From: an uncultured Rhodothermales bacterium
Lineage (GTDB): Bacteria; Bacteroidota; Rhodothermia; Rhodothermales; Rubricoccaceae
Assembly (NCBI GenBank): GCA_964414235.1
Contig: CAYPVZ010000001.1
Location: forward strand, 3,317-67,316
Direction of reading: 5' to 3'
Length of the DNA stretch: 64,000 nt
The notes under the pieces are model-generated. The model saw only the letters and a list, made by a program, of their open reading frames with translations. It was not told where the DNA came from and did not search any database. This document shows positions 10,088 to 19,447 of the stretch, piece by piece. Both the position numbers and the translations under genes were made by a program. How positions within the stretch are numbered: the stretch's first letter is position 1; every line of letters begins with the position of its first letter.

Positions 10088-10375
10088 ATATCCACAGCCG
10101 TGCGGGATTTTCCCAGGGTTACGTGCTTTATCCCAGCCTTACGACTCGCGTTTCCCAGGATTACGATGCCGGTTGCCCAGCCTTACGATAGCCGTTTCCC
10201 AGGATTACGAGCCGGATTGCCCAGCCTTACGACCCTCGTTTCCCAGGATTACGACTCTGTGGATAACCTGCGCCGACCGGCCCGGAGGTGGCTGTTTCCC
10301 AGGATTACGACAAGGAACGGCGGGAGGCTCAGCACTGTGTGAACGGCGCATCAACGCCGTTTCCCAGGATTACGA
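10088..10375 (+). repeat. oriV1: nine 17-bp iterons plus DnaA boxes
   Basis: GTTTCCCAGGATTACGA at 10150, 10194, 10238, 10294, 10359; NTT(G/A)(C/T)CC(C)AGCCTTACGA variants at 10128, 10172, 10216; variant at 10108; perfect DnaA box TGTGGATAA 10258-10266 and ATATCCACA 10088-10096. Confidence 0.9.
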
Positions 10376-10495
10376 CCCAGCGGACGACGTGGACGTGAGG
10401 GGTGGCGGAGGGTGGGAGTGATGTCGTGAAGCGCCAGAGGCCGTCGCTGTGCGGCAGTGAAGCTAGGGACGTGCAGTTGCAGGCCGAGAGAGCCT

Positions 10496-11482
10496 TTACC
10501 AGCGTGCTCGACCCCACGAGGCCAGGGTTCGAGCGAGCGTCTCACTCCGTTCTACGACGGCGACTTCGACGGAGAACCCCGCGCGCAGCTCGGTCGGCGT
10601 CCCGGCCGCGCCGACGATAGCGGCGACGGCATCGGGATCGACGTCCACTTCGACACGCCAGCGCGCGGGGTTGAACTCGCCAAGGGCTTCCGGGCGAGCG
10701 TCGGCCTCTGGCGCCAGGGCGACACGTCTGACGACGCCAGAGGCCTGTCGGGGGCGCTCCTGGGGGACGGCGGGGAAGGTGAGCCGGGCGGGTATCCCCG
10801 GTCGGGCGCGCTGGGCCTCGCGTTCCGGCGCCCACGCGCGGACCACGTGAGCCACGTGTTTGTCGTTGCCGAGGGCAGCCAGGTCGAGCACGGCCTCGCC
10901 GGCGTCGATGCGCGTGCCGCGCTGCTCCTCCAGGTCTTCGGTCAATACGATGCCACCTCGCCAGAGGGAAGCGGGGTCGGTGTTGCCATCCCCTCGTCGC
11001 TCGCTCCACGGAGGGGCGCGTATGTCCAGGCGAGCACGTCTCGCGAGAAGCGCGGGATCGTGGCCGGTCGAGGCGCGTGTCGCCTCGTCTAGCTCGGGCG
11101 AGCGGAGCCGGGCGATCAGCTGACCAGGGCGGACGGTGTCGCCTGCGGCGACGTGGATCTCGGTGAGCAGGCCCGACTCGGCAGCGCGGACGGACATCAC
11201 GCGCTCGGGCACGAGCTGGCCGTCGAGTTCGACGGTCCGCGAGATCGGGACGGTGAGCGCGACCCCGACCGCGAGGACGCCTATCCAGCCGACGGCGCGC
11301 AGGATGCGCTTCCCGGCTCGCTCAGCGCCCTCCGCTCCCGAGAAGCGGGAGCCGGGTCGCTGTGGACCGCCACCGGCGGCCGGGGCTCCGAGTGCCTGGC
11401 TGGTGTCGGGGACCGTGAGCGTCCATGCGCGCGGAGCCGCGCGGACTGGCGCCTGTCTCGTCGTGCTGCCGTCTCCCTGCAT
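10496..11482 (-). CDS. HlyD-like membrane fusion protein
   Basis: One TM segment then lipoyl-like SVRAAESGLLTEIHVAAGDTVRPGQLIARL; C-terminal LRAGFSVEV; directly after ABC gene; ATG at 11482. Confidence 0.75.
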   Translation of the reverse strand: MQGDGSTTRQAPVRAAPRAWTLTVPDTSQALGAPAAGGGPQRPGSRFSGAEGAERAGKRILRAVGWIGVLAVGVALTVPISRTVELDGQLVPERVMSVRAAESGLLTEIHVAAGDTVRPGQLIARLRSPELDEATRASTGHDPALLARRARLDIRAPPWSERRGDGNTDPASLWRGGIVLTEDLEEQRGTRIDAGEAVLDLAALGNDKHVAHVVRAWAPEREAQRARPGIPARLTFPAVPQERPRQASGVVRRVALAPEADARPEALGEFNPARWRVEVDVDPDAVAAIVGAAGTPTELRAGFSVEVAVVERSETLARTLASWGRARW

Positions 11483-11484
11483 GG

Positions 11485-13335
11485 CTAGGCTGAGATCGCG
11501 CCGAGGACCGGCGCGGTGGGGACGGACCCGACCTGTCCATCCCCGCTTACGGGTGGCCGCGCTGTCAGTCGGACGGTGCGGTCGGTGAGCGCCGCGTGCT
11601 CGGGCTGATGGGAGACGAGGACGACGGCGGGCGGCTCGGGGAGCTCTTGGATCTCTTCGAGGAGTCGGGAGAGGACTGTGTGAGCGGTTGCGTTGTCGAG
11701 GTTGGCCGCGGCCTCGTCGAGGAGGACCAGGCGGATGGGTGCCGCGGCCACGCGAACGCGCAGGAGGAGCCGTGCGATGCCGAGCCTCTGGCGCTCGCCC
11801 GCAGAGAGGGACGCGCCGCCCTCGGTGAGCGCCACGTCGAGCGGGTCGTCCGTGGCCGACTGTCGGGCGAGCTCCGCCATGCGGTCGCCCAGGGCGCAGG
11901 CGTCGAGGACGGCACTCAGCTCGTCGTCGAGGATCTCTCGACCGGCCACGTCCTCGGCGGCCACCAAGAGGTTGTCGCGGACGGACGACGAGAGCAGGCC
12001 GGGCTCCTGCCAGCAGACGGCCACGTGGTCGCGCCAGTCGGGGGCATCCTGGATGCGGACCCACGACGGGCCTCCGGCGCCAGAGGCCTCGGCCTCGATG
12101 GCGCCGAGGTCGGGGCGCTCGACCTGGCCGAGCAGGCGGAGCGCGGTCGTCTTGCCGCATCCCGACGGGCCGACGAGGGCGACGGCGAGGCCCGGCGCGA
12201 GGTCGAGGTGGTTGAGGTCGAGGCCGGGCGCGTCGTCGGCGTAGCGGAAGCGGACGCCGCGCATTCGGATTCGGCCGGTGTAGCTCAACCCCGTGTCATG
12301 CTCCGTACCGCCGCCAGTCCTGTCCGTCCCCTCGACGCGCGCGATGGTGGCGGCCGGGTCCGCCTCGGGCAGTTCGTCGGCCAGGTCGAACACGCGGCCG
12401 AGCGAGACGGCGGCCTTTTGGAGCTTGCCGCCGGCGTCGATGATCGCGGCGATGGGGGAGAGGAGGAGCGCGGCGTAGGCCTGGAAGGCGATGTAGCCGC
12501 CCAGCGTCAGGTCTCCCGCGAGCACGAGCCGCCAGCCGACGTAGGTGAGCGCCGCCAGGTGGAGCGCCCGCACGACGGCGTTGGTGCCGTTGCACACGTA
12601 CCAAATGCCCGTCGCGGCGACGGTGCCCTCGTGGGCTCGGGCCACATGCATCTGGGCCCGGCGGTACAGCGCGGCCTCACAGCCCATCGACTTGAACGTG
12701 CGGGCCTCGCGGATGGCCTCGACGCGGAACGCGGCCCACTCGTCGTAGGCGTCGTAGGTCTCGGCCCACCGCCGGTTGGCCAGCGTCCCCATCGTCGCTG
12801 TGATCGTGGCCGTGATCGGGACGGCCACAAGAGCGACGAGCGCCAGGCGCGGCTCGATCAGGAGCAGGATCGGTGGGACGGCGAGCAGATAGAGGCTCTG
12901 GCTCATGGCCGTCAGCACGGCGTCGGCTCCCGTGTCCAGGACCTCCTGCACGTCTCCGAAGCGGTTGGCGATCTCGCCGCTGCGCCTCGCCTCGAGCACG
13001 CGAGAGGGGAGATGGAGCACGTGGTTGAACAGCGCCAGGCGTCCGACGTCGCGCATCCGGGTCCGCGCGGCGAAGGCCGTGAAGCGGAAGAGGTTGCGGA
13101 CGACGCCCTCGCCCGCCGTCGCCGCGACGATTCCCAGGACCACCAGGCCGAGCAGGCTCACGTTGCCTGCCGGATAAACGCGGTCGAAGAGCGCGGCCGT
13201 GAGGAGCGGCGCCGTCAGGCCGAGCCCGCCGGAGACGACGGAGAGCGTCCCGGCCCGACCGATGGCGGGCCACTCCGACCGGAAGAGCCGCGCGAGGCGT
13301 CCGAGGTCGTGGAGCGACTGCCGGAGGGACGGCAC
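11485..13335 (-). CDS. ABC exporter (permease + ATPase), type I secretion/bacteriocin-exporter-like, no C39 peptidase domain
   Basis: N-terminal TM domain, GPSGCGKT, LSAGERQRL, LLDEAAANLD, VSH. Confidence 0.9.
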   Translation of the reverse strand: MPSLRQSLHDLGRLARLFRSEWPAIGRAGTLSVVSGGLGLTAPLLTAALFDRVYPAGNVSLLGLVVLGIVAATAGEGVVRNLFRFTAFAARTRMRDVGRLALFNHVLHLPSRVLEARRSGEIANRFGDVQEVLDTGADAVLTAMSQSLYLLAVPPILLLIEPRLALVALVAVPITATITATMGTLANRRWAETYDAYDEWAAFRVEAIREARTFKSMGCEAALYRRAQMHVARAHEGTVAATGIWYVCNGTNAVVRALHLAALTYVGWRLVLAGDLTLGGYIAFQAYAALLLSPIAAIIDAGGKLQKAAVSLGRVFDLADELPEADPAATIARVEGTDRTGGGTEHDTGLSYTGRIRMRGVRFRYADDAPGLDLNHLDLAPGLAVALVGPSGCGKTTALRLLGQVERPDLGAIEAEASGAGGPSWVRIQDAPDWRDHVAVCWQEPGLLSSSVRDNLLVAAEDVAGREILDDELSAVLDACALGDRMAELARQSATDDPLDVALTEGGASLSAGERQRLGIARLLLRVRVAAAPIRLVLLDEAAANLDNATAHTVLSRLLEEIQELPEPPAVVLVSHQPEHAALTDRTVRLTARPPVSGDGQVGSVPTAPVLGAISA

Positions 13336-13336
13336 G

Positions 13337-14800
13337 TCAACGGGTCACGGTGAAGCGCCGCGTCTGGGCAGCGGAGCCGTCCACGGCGACGGCGCGGAGC
13401 ACGTAGACGCCGGTCGCCAGGGCTGTCGTGTCGACCTCGACGACCACGCGGCCGGCGGCAAGTGCGTCGTAGGCCACGAGGGCTTCGCGGCCGAGGGCGT
13501 CGTAGACGACGGCGAGCACGTGGACCGGCTGAGCGAGCATGAGCGTGGCGCTCGTCACGCCAGAGGCCGGGTTGGGAGCCGGAGCGGCGAGCGCGAACGG
13601 CCGTGCGGCCGGGTCGTCCTCGCCCGCAGTCGAGGCCCTGATGGTGAGGCCGATGTCGCCCAGCGCGAACTCGACGCCGTCGCCGTCGAGGGCCGTCAGC
13701 CCGACGCGGTACGTGCCGACCGTCAGGGCCGCGACATCCAGGACGTACGCCGATGGCTGCCCGGTGGCATCTGTCGATCCCCAGGTCTCCCAAGGGGCAC
13801 CGAACACGTCGGGACGTCCGTCGATGCGGAACGCCACGATGCCTTCCTCGGCCGAGGTGCTCCATTCGATGCGGGCACCGTCGTCCGTCTGCACGGCGGT
13901 GAACGAGGCCAGCGCGATCTGCACGGGCGGCGGGCCGAAGGCGCGCGCGGCCAGCGTCGGGTCGAGCACGAACGGGTTGGGGGTGCCCTGGTGGCTCTCG
14001 ATGGTGAGGGTCCGCTCGGTCTCTGCCGGGTCGACCGGGTCCTGAGCGTGCCAGTCGAGGAGCACGTCGCGCTGCGCCGCCCAGAACGGGGCGTCGAGCT
14101 GGTCAGCGCCGAACGGGCCGTAGACGGCCCAGACGTAGAACATGGCGCGGGCCACGTCGCCGGCGACGCTCTCGCGCGGCTCCAGTATGGCGCCCGTTCC
14201 GTTCAGCTTCTCGGTGAAGAGGTCGCGCACCGAGGCGGGAGGCATCGAGGTACGGGTGATGCCGTCGGGACCCCACCAGCGGTCGGCGTCGGCGTCCACG
14301 ACTTCCCCGAACGGGTGGTCGCTGCGGGAGCTGTTGACCGACTGCATCACCGGGGCCAGGTGGTGCATGTCGCGGTGGGCGTCGGTGCCCTCGGTGGCGC
14401 CCTGGTTCTCGGGCCACAGGTGCTCGGTCGAGTAGCGCGGGCTGGCGTTCCACGCTGCGGTCGTCGGATCGAGAGCGGGGTCGAGCCAGATGGCATGGCC
14501 CGAGTAGAAGCCGCGCAAGCTGTCGGTGGACGAGCCGTCGTCGGCTCGCTCCTTGTAAACGGCGGCGAACAGCGTGTCGCGGGCGCGGTCGTAGCCGTAG
14601 GTGCTCGACGGCGCGTAGGTCGAGGCCAGCGCGGTCGTGAGCGCGTCGCCGGAGAGATCGGGGTAGATCGCGGGACCATCGCCGGTCCCTTGCGCCGCTG
14701 CGGTCGGTCCGGCGAGCGCGGCCAGCACGAGGGTAACCATGAGCCGCGCTCGGAGGAGGATGCCCCTTGAGGGGGCCGTGCTTGATGGAGGCGTCGACAT
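13337..14800 (-). CDS. Secreted endonuclease I family protein with T9SS C-terminal sorting domain
   Basis: Signal peptide; TEHLWP, DMHHLAP...VNSSRSDHPF, GDVARAMFY, QGTPNPFV; CTD PNPAS...YDALGRE...GVYVLR. Confidence 0.85.
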   Translation of the reverse strand: MSTPPSSTAPSRGILLRARLMVTLVLAALAGPTAAAQGTGDGPAIYPDLSGDALTTALASTYAPSSTYGYDRARDTLFAAVYKERADDGSSTDSLRGFYSGHAIWLDPALDPTTAAWNASPRYSTEHLWPENQGATEGTDAHRDMHHLAPVMQSVNSSRSDHPFGEVVDADADRWWGPDGITRTSMPPASVRDLFTEKLNGTGAILEPRESVAGDVARAMFYVWAVYGPFGADQLDAPFWAAQRDVLLDWHAQDPVDPAETERTLTIESHQGTPNPFVLDPTLAARAFGPPPVQIALASFTAVQTDDGARIEWSTSAEEGIVAFRIDGRPDVFGAPWETWGSTDATGQPSAYVLDVAALTVGTYRVGLTALDGDGVEFALGDIGLTIRASTAGEDDPAARPFALAAPAPNPASGVTSATLMLAQPVHVLAVVYDALGREALVAYDALAAGRVVVEVDTTALATGVYVLRAVAVDGSAAQTRRFTVTR

Positions 14801-14802
14801 GG

Positions 14803-15606
14803 CTACACCTCCGGGTCGATCCTGTAGCCTCGGACCACCCAGCTTGCGCGAGTGAGCCGGTGGTTCGCGCCGTGGGTGCCGCTGAAACGAGCGAAGACGC
14901 CCGACCCTTCGTTGAATGAGGCGCTCTCGAAGACCTCGCCGCCGTCGTAGGTCGAGAACCGGGGGCGGTCGATGCTGCCGGAGAACGACGGCGCGAAGGT
15001 GACGGGGCCGACGGGCCTGGGGCTGCTCTCCTGGTAGACGACGGTGGACGCCTTGACCTGGCCGTCCACGGCGATGCGCAAGAGGAGCTCGTTGTACGTG
15101 GCCTCAACGCGCTGCCAGCGCCCGGTGCGGACGGCGTAGGGGCGCGTCATGAGCGTCCAGATGTCCTCCTCGCCGTCGACGTAGCCGGGCGTCTGGAAGC
15201 GGACGGCGCCGTCCGGGAGGATGGAGAACCGGAGCCCGGCGTTCGACGCGAGGAGGTGCTGCGTTTCGTCCACGTGGTCGGGCCGGACGTCCATCGCGAC
15301 CCGGAACGTCTGGTCCTGGATCACGGAGAAGGTCGAGGCGAAGACGCTGCGGCCCGGCCCGAAGCGGAGCGCGTAGCCGCGCGGCGGCTGGCAGTCCTCG
15401 CACGGCTCTTTCTGCTGGACCTCGCGGGCGTGGACAGTCGGGACCTCGTCGACACCCGGCTCGGGGAGGTACTGCTTCAGCGCGGCGCGCTCGGCGGCGG
15501 TGAACGCCGAGCCGGTCGGCTCAGTGTCTGCCGAATCGCACGCGGCGAGCAGCGGTGAGAGAGTGACTACGAGGGCGAGCGTGCGAAACAGGGGAGAGCG
15601 GAGCAT
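14803..15606 (-). CDS. Lipoprotein with LamG/concanavalin-like domain
   Basis: Lipobox LLAAC; GRWQRVEATY...IAVDG...FSGSID LamG-type pattern. Confidence 0.65.
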   Translation of the reverse strand: MLRSPLFRTLALVVTLSPLLAACDSADTEPTGSAFTAAERAALKQYLPEPGVDEVPTVHAREVQQKEPCEDCQPPRGYALRFGPGRSVFASTFSVIQDQTFRVAMDVRPDHVDETQHLLASNAGLRFSILPDGAVRFQTPGYVDGEEDIWTLMTRPYAVRTGRWQRVEATYNELLLRIAVDGQVKASTVVYQESSPRPVGPVTFAPSFSGSIDRPRFSTYDGGEVFESASFNEGSGVFARFSGTHGANHRLTRASWVVRGYRIDPEV

Positions 15607-15674
15607 GGCGGAGGCTGAGGGTGTGAGGGTGCCGGCAGGGCGTTCGGCTAGTTGTCTTGGCGACGGGGCGTCGC

Positions 15675-18299
15675 CTACCTGATCACGGTGAGGCGATGGG
15701 TGACGACCTGGGCTCCCAGCCGGGTGTCGCTGGCCGTCGTACCGCCGCTAGAGGCGGTAAGGCGGATGACGTAGACGCCAGCGGCCAGGCTGGACACGTC
15801 GAGGTGCAGGTCTCCGGTGATGTCGTCGTGGCGGGCGACCGCGCGGCCGAGCGCGTCGAAGACGGTGGCCTCGACGCGGACGCCAAGCGGCGCGTCGATC
15901 CGGAGGCGCGTCGAGGTGCGGGCCGGGTTGGGGCCGGGCGGCGAGACGGTCAACCCGTCGGCTGCGTCCGCCTCGGTCCTGAGGCGGGAGGAGTCGTTGC
16001 CGCCCTCGCCTCCGAGGAGGGAGGGGCGGTCCTCGTCGTGGCCGGTGTCGACGGCCGGGGCGAGGAGCCCGAGGGGGACGGGGTCGCCAGAGGCCCACCC
16101 GCTGACGGCGTTCGCCAACAGGATGCCGGAACGGAGCGCGCTCGGCGCCTGGAAGTCGCCCAGGCGCCCTCGCGTCTCGGGGAGCGGGCCGGTCCAGGAA
16201 AAGTCGGTGTAGGCGTCGCCCGCGCCTGTGAGCTGGAGCGAGTACCCGGGGGGCAGTTCGCTCCACTCCTGGACGCGGCGGTGCGTGCCGCTGGGTTGGC
16301 GCGGCCCCCGGATGACGGTGCTCCACGCGAGGGAGTCCGGATGCGACGGCGATCCCGCGCCCGGAACGGTGGCTTCGGCGGCGTCGAAGACCGGCCCCTC
16401 GATGGCGTTGAACATGCAGCCGCCGGTGCTGAGGAACTGCAGGAGGACGCCGTCGGGGTCGGTGAGCGCGAGGCCCTGGCAGCCTCCGCGCAGGCGCTCG
16501 GCGCCCTGCCAGACGGCGCCGATGCCGCCGCCCTCGTCGTCGATGGTGCCTCGGAAGGCGACGGCGGGCGAGCCGTCGGTGCCGTCGCCGTCGACCTGGT
16601 ACAGGAACCCGTAGCCGGAGTAGGCCCAGACGCGGTAGCCGTAGAGGTCCGTCCCGGCGCGTCCCGCGATCTCGATGCCCTCGAAGGCGTCGGGGCCGTC
16701 GTTCGAGTGGTGGATCTCGTTGATCCAGAGGTCGCGCGGGCGGGGCGCGTTCGGGCCCTGGTAGAAGGTCCGCGCCACGAGGGTCGGGTCGAGGACGAAC
16801 GGGTTACGGTTGCCCTGGACGCGGTAGATCCGCTCGTTCCGCTGGACCTCGAAGGCGTCGACGGGGTCGGCCTCGTGCCAGGCGCGGAGCACGTCGAGCG
16901 TGGCGTCGATAAAGGCGCGGCCCTCGTCGCCGTCCTCGGCCTCGATGCGATACGTGACGAGGAAGTAGGCGGCCATCCGGGCCACGTCGCCACGGAGCGC
17001 GTGGCGCACGTCGAAGCGGCCGAGCTCGTCCAGGCTCTTGTAGCCGTCGCCGTCGTCGGGCTGGCGGAGGAAGTCGAACTCGACGCGGCTCCACGTCGCC
17101 GGGTCAGTGGGGGGGGCCGACGCGTTGTAGCGCACCGTGCTGTTGCGGAGCCACTTCTGGGTGTCGCTCGGCTGGTCGAAGTCGTCTCCGAAGGCCCGGT
17201 TGGAGCGCGCGCTGTTGAAGGTGCCCAGCGCCGGGGCGAGGTGGTGGAGGTCGTTGTGCGAGGCGCCGTCGGTGGAGGGCCCGGTCTGGGCGCCCCGGCT
17301 GCGCGGCCACACGTGCTCCGTGTTGAAGTCCTGGTCCTGCATCTGCGCTCGAGGCGAGAGCGGGACCTCCCGCTCCCACGACCGCACGAGCCCGCCGTAG
17401 AGGCCGCTCAGGTCGTGGAGCGTGTTGCTGCCGACCTGCCGGACAGACTCGACCCAGACAGTCTCGAAGAGGTGGTCGCGGGCCTCGTCGTAGTGGAACG
17501 TTTGGACGGGGGCGTACTCGGCTCGGAGACAGCTTTCGGCGTTCCAGCCCCGGAGCCCGTCACAGATGACGCCGATGGGCGTGCTCGGCACGAGCACCGC
17601 CACGTCCTCGACGCGGGCGTGGTAGCCGTCCGGGTTGGGATGGATGGGCGCCTCGGCCGCGAGCGCGAAGGCACCCACGCCGACGAAGCCGGGGACCGTC
17701 GGGCTTGGAAGCAGGACGCCGTCCACGTGGACGGTCCAGGTGTGACCGTTGGTCGTCGGCGTGCTCTCGACCTCGACGGGTATGCGGCGCGAGTGGTCGG
17801 CGACGGGGAGCGTACCTAGCCCGACGGAGGTGGTGACGGCGCCGCCGGTGACGGCGATCGCATCGACGGCCACCGTCGTGCCGTTCGGCGTCCAGCGGAG
17901 CCGGAGCGCGGCGAAGGTCTGGGCGTCGAGGTAGCGGTCGATGAGGTAGAGGGTGACGTCGGCCGCGTGGCTGTTCGGCTCCCACACGACGGCGCGCAGG
18001 GTCCGCTCGCCAGTCGGCCCCTGGCCCACGGCCACGGCGTTCGACCCCGGCTCGAAGTTGACTTTCGAGCTGGTGATCTTCGGTTTGAGCCCGTCGCTCG
18101 CGGTCCCGTCGACGGTCCAGCGCGCGCCGATCTCGGGCGTGTGCTGGTCGATGGGTGTGTCGCCCGCCTGGCAGCACATCGTGTCGATGAACGCGAGCGC
18201 CTGGTCGTCGCTGCCGTACGTCTGGGCGGCCACCGGGACGGCGGCGAGCACGACGCACGCGGCGAGGAGGGAGCAGAGCGAGAGGGGAGAGGGGCGCAT
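15675..18299 (-). CDS. Secreted multidomain endonuclease I (plus lamin-tail-like domain) with T9SS sorting domain
   Basis: Signal peptide; FNTEHVWPRS, DLHHLAP...FNSARSN, RGDVAR, QGNRNPFV; LWINEIHHSNDG.D..EGIEIAG; CTD PNPAR...FDALGR...GVYVIRL. Confidence 0.85.
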   Translation of the reverse strand: MRPSPLSLCSLLAACVVLAAVPVAAQTYGSDDQALAFIDTMCCQAGDTPIDQHTPEIGARWTVDGTASDGLKPKITSSKVNFEPGSNAVAVGQGPTGERTLRAVVWEPNSHAADVTLYLIDRYLDAQTFAALRLRWTPNGTTVAVDAIAVTGGAVTTSVGLGTLPVADHSRRIPVEVESTPTTNGHTWTVHVDGVLLPSPTVPGFVGVGAFALAAEAPIHPNPDGYHARVEDVAVLVPSTPIGVICDGLRGWNAESCLRAEYAPVQTFHYDEARDHLFETVWVESVRQVGSNTLHDLSGLYGGLVRSWEREVPLSPRAQMQDQDFNTEHVWPRSRGAQTGPSTDGASHNDLHHLAPALGTFNSARSNRAFGDDFDQPSDTQKWLRNSTVRYNASAPPTDPATWSRVEFDFLRQPDDGDGYKSLDELGRFDVRHALRGDVARMAAYFLVTYRIEAEDGDEGRAFIDATLDVLRAWHEADPVDAFEVQRNERIYRVQGNRNPFVLDPTLVARTFYQGPNAPRPRDLWINEIHHSNDGPDAFEGIEIAGRAGTDLYGYRVWAYSGYGFLYQVDGDGTDGSPAVAFRGTIDDEGGGIGAVWQGAERLRGGCQGLALTDPDGVLLQFLSTGGCMFNAIEGPVFDAAEATVPGAGSPSHPDSLAWSTVIRGPRQPSGTHRRVQEWSELPPGYSLQLTGAGDAYTDFSWTGPLPETRGRLGDFQAPSALRSGILLANAVSGWASGDPVPLGLLAPAVDTGHDEDRPSLLGGEGGNDSSRLRTEADAADGLTVSPPGPNPARTSTRLRIDAPLGVRVEATVFDALGRAVARHDDITGDLHLDVSSLAAGVYVIRLTASSGGTTASDTRLGAQVVTHRLTVIR

Positions 18300-18363
18300 G
18301 GCAGCGGAGGATCGACCGTCCGGCGGTCGGGGTTGAGGAGCCCGCCCGCCGAACAGAGCCCGT

Positions 18364-19227
18364 CTAGAACTGGCAGGCCGGGTCGTCCGGGTCGTAGCCG
18401 CCCGAGTAGCACACGCACTTGCAGCCGTCGTCCACTGGCAGATTGCAGTCGTCGCAGATGTCCCCTCCGGTCATGGCCTGCCAGCCGCTCACGGCCAGCG
18501 CCCAGAGCGAGAAGAGCCCGGTGGCGACGCTCGCCCTCTGGACATCCACGTGGCCGCTGCTCTCGACGGGTGCCTCGTGACGGTCGACGTGGAGGGGCAG
18601 CGCCCCGCCCACGGCCGAGCCGATCATGGCGAGGAGCATCAGCGTGGCCGCGAGGGCACGCGCCGTGCCGACCAGCCGCGTGCCGACGGTGCTCCGCGCC
18701 TCACGGTCCGTCGCTCGGATGCCGCCCAGAGACTCCGCCAGCGCACGGCGCGCGACGGGCTGCCCGCCGACGGGGCGATTGTCGCCGTCGGCGCCCCGCT
18801 CCGGGGGATCGTTCGGGCCGGGCGGGTTGTCGGCCTCGGCCGTCAGCGAAGAGGACACCGACCCGTGGCTCGGCCCTCGGCTCGGCGGATCGTGCGGGTT
18901 GGGGGGATCGTCGGTCTGGGCCGTCGGGCGCTGGTGGATGGGCTTGCGCCGGTCGGTCACCGGGTCGGGTGCCGGCCCGTCCTCGCTGCCGCCGGTACCG
19001 CCGCCAGAGGACGGGCGCCGGTGGATGATCTTGCGCCGGTCGAGCCCGTCGGGCGGCGGGCCGTCCTCGCTGCCGTCGGCGCGGGGCGACGTGCCACGGT
19101 GGACGACCTTCCGGCGGTCCGGGCCGCTTTCGTTGTTGATGACGCGTCGACGGTCGGACGCGGGGTCCTCCGGACTGTCCGTGGTGCCGCCTCCGGAGAC
19201 GGGGATGGGGAGAGCGAGAGCGCTCAT
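18364..19227 (-). CDS. Repeat-rich protein with hydrophobic segments and a C-terminal GG + 6-Cys peptide
   Basis: ATG at 19227 (MSALALPIP); internal repeats; ends WQAMTGG-DICDDCNLPVDDGCKCVCYSGGYDPDDPACQF. Confidence 0.6.
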   Translation of the reverse strand: MSALALPIPVSGGGTTDSPEDPASDRRRVINNESGPDRRKVVHRGTSPRADGSEDGPPPDGLDRRKIIHRRPSSGGGTGGSEDGPAPDPVTDRRKPIHQRPTAQTDDPPNPHDPPSRGPSHGSVSSSLTAEADNPPGPNDPPERGADGDNRPVGGQPVARRALAESLGGIRATDREARSTVGTRLVGTARALAATLMLLAMIGSAVGGALPLHVDRHEAPVESSGHVDVQRASVATGLFSLWALAVSGWQAMTGGDICDDCNLPVDDGCKCVCYSGGYDPDDPACQF

Positions 19228-19447
19228 GGCAGGCGGGCTCAAAGGCCCAGGTCTGGGGCGTTCACCCCGTCGCGACATCGGCCGCACCGGGGTTTCAGCG
19301 GTGGTTGAGGGTGTCAGCGTCGCGGCCTGTATGGCTGCGAAACCGTTCGGCCGCAGGCGCGGCCAGGACCTCGTCGCATGGATGTGCGGCGGGACCCTGC
19401 GACGGGCGAGCGTGAGGGCACACGCCGCTCGCCGGTGTCGTGACGGG

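Noticed and set aside
10108..10375. Repeat array read as CRISPR
   Set aside because: 17-bp repeats with mostly 5-bp gaps, no cas genes, adjacent Rep and DnaA boxes: iterons
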